Shown: in pieces, positions 36,993 to 37,179 of the stretch
Layout: every line of letters starts with the position of its first letter
How positions within the stretch are numbered: the stretch's first letter is position 1
NCBI GenBank assembly: GCA_040143965.1
Contig: JASJQH010000054.1
Span: 1-37,179 of the forward strand
DNA from: Basidiobolus ranarum
Taxonomy: Eukaryota
Direction of reading: 5' to 3'
Length of the DNA: 37,179 bases
Position numbers and translations under genes: made by a program
The notes under the pieces: generated by a model
Told to the model about the DNA's origin: nothing
Seen by the model: the letters and a program-made list of their open reading frames with translations, nothing else
Databases searched by the model: none

Positions 36993-37179
36993 TCATACTT
37001 TTTCCGTTTTTACACTAATTAAACGCTGTTGTTGTTCGCTTGGCATTTGTGGCTTCGACTTGGCTTTCCGTTCCTTCTCTTTATATTCAATATATCTAAT
37101 AAGAAATAAACACTTCATTAGTCATCCATAATAAACACACTTCCATTGCTTTGCTTTGCTTTCTACTTACGTATACCAG
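36993..37179 (-). CDS. 3' end of a gene entering from the right edge; join(37179..37171,37095..36993); possibly a nucleotide-sugar transporter (SLC35-like) tail
   Basis: GTAAGT donor at 37170, GACTAAT branch point, TTAG acceptor at 37096. Spliced peptide WYTYIEYKEKERKAKSKPQMPSEQQQRLISVKTEKV*. The product guess rests only on the WY.Y..YKE pattern. Confidence 0.55.

Overview
Gene-dense, AT-rich eukaryotic DNA with many short (~55-130 nt) spliceosomal introns. The proteins look fungal. The intron richness, a 7TM-RGS receptor and a minor-spliceosome intron point to an early-diverging fungus; a Zoopagomycota/Basidiobolus-like origin is my inference, not proven. I built 19 complete protein-coding genes by hand plus the 3' end of a 20th. 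In order: 7TM-RGS receptor, kinesin-5, MPDU1, RPL9, Pol III subunit C17, BUD32, CDC25, RIO1, ERF2-like DHHC palmitoyltransferase, RPA1, mitochondrial uL11, PUF6, xylose-reductase-type AKR, GIR2/RWDD1, RPL39, TFB1, IWR1, HSP20, DGK1 and a partial probable transporter. The most notable observation is a textbook U12-type AT-AC intron (17120-17190, minus strand) in the DHHC gene, which is needed to keep the reading frame and implies a minor spliceosome. Other observations: an identical 14-mer upstream of both cytosolic ribosomal protein genes, CGCG/CCAAT-rich cell-cycle promoters, functionally matched head-to-head gene pairs, a possible ex-U12 intron in TFB1, and two possible decayed coding relics. 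No tRNA, rRNA, CRISPR array or intact mobile element was seen, and I found no evidence of a wholly new multi-gene system.
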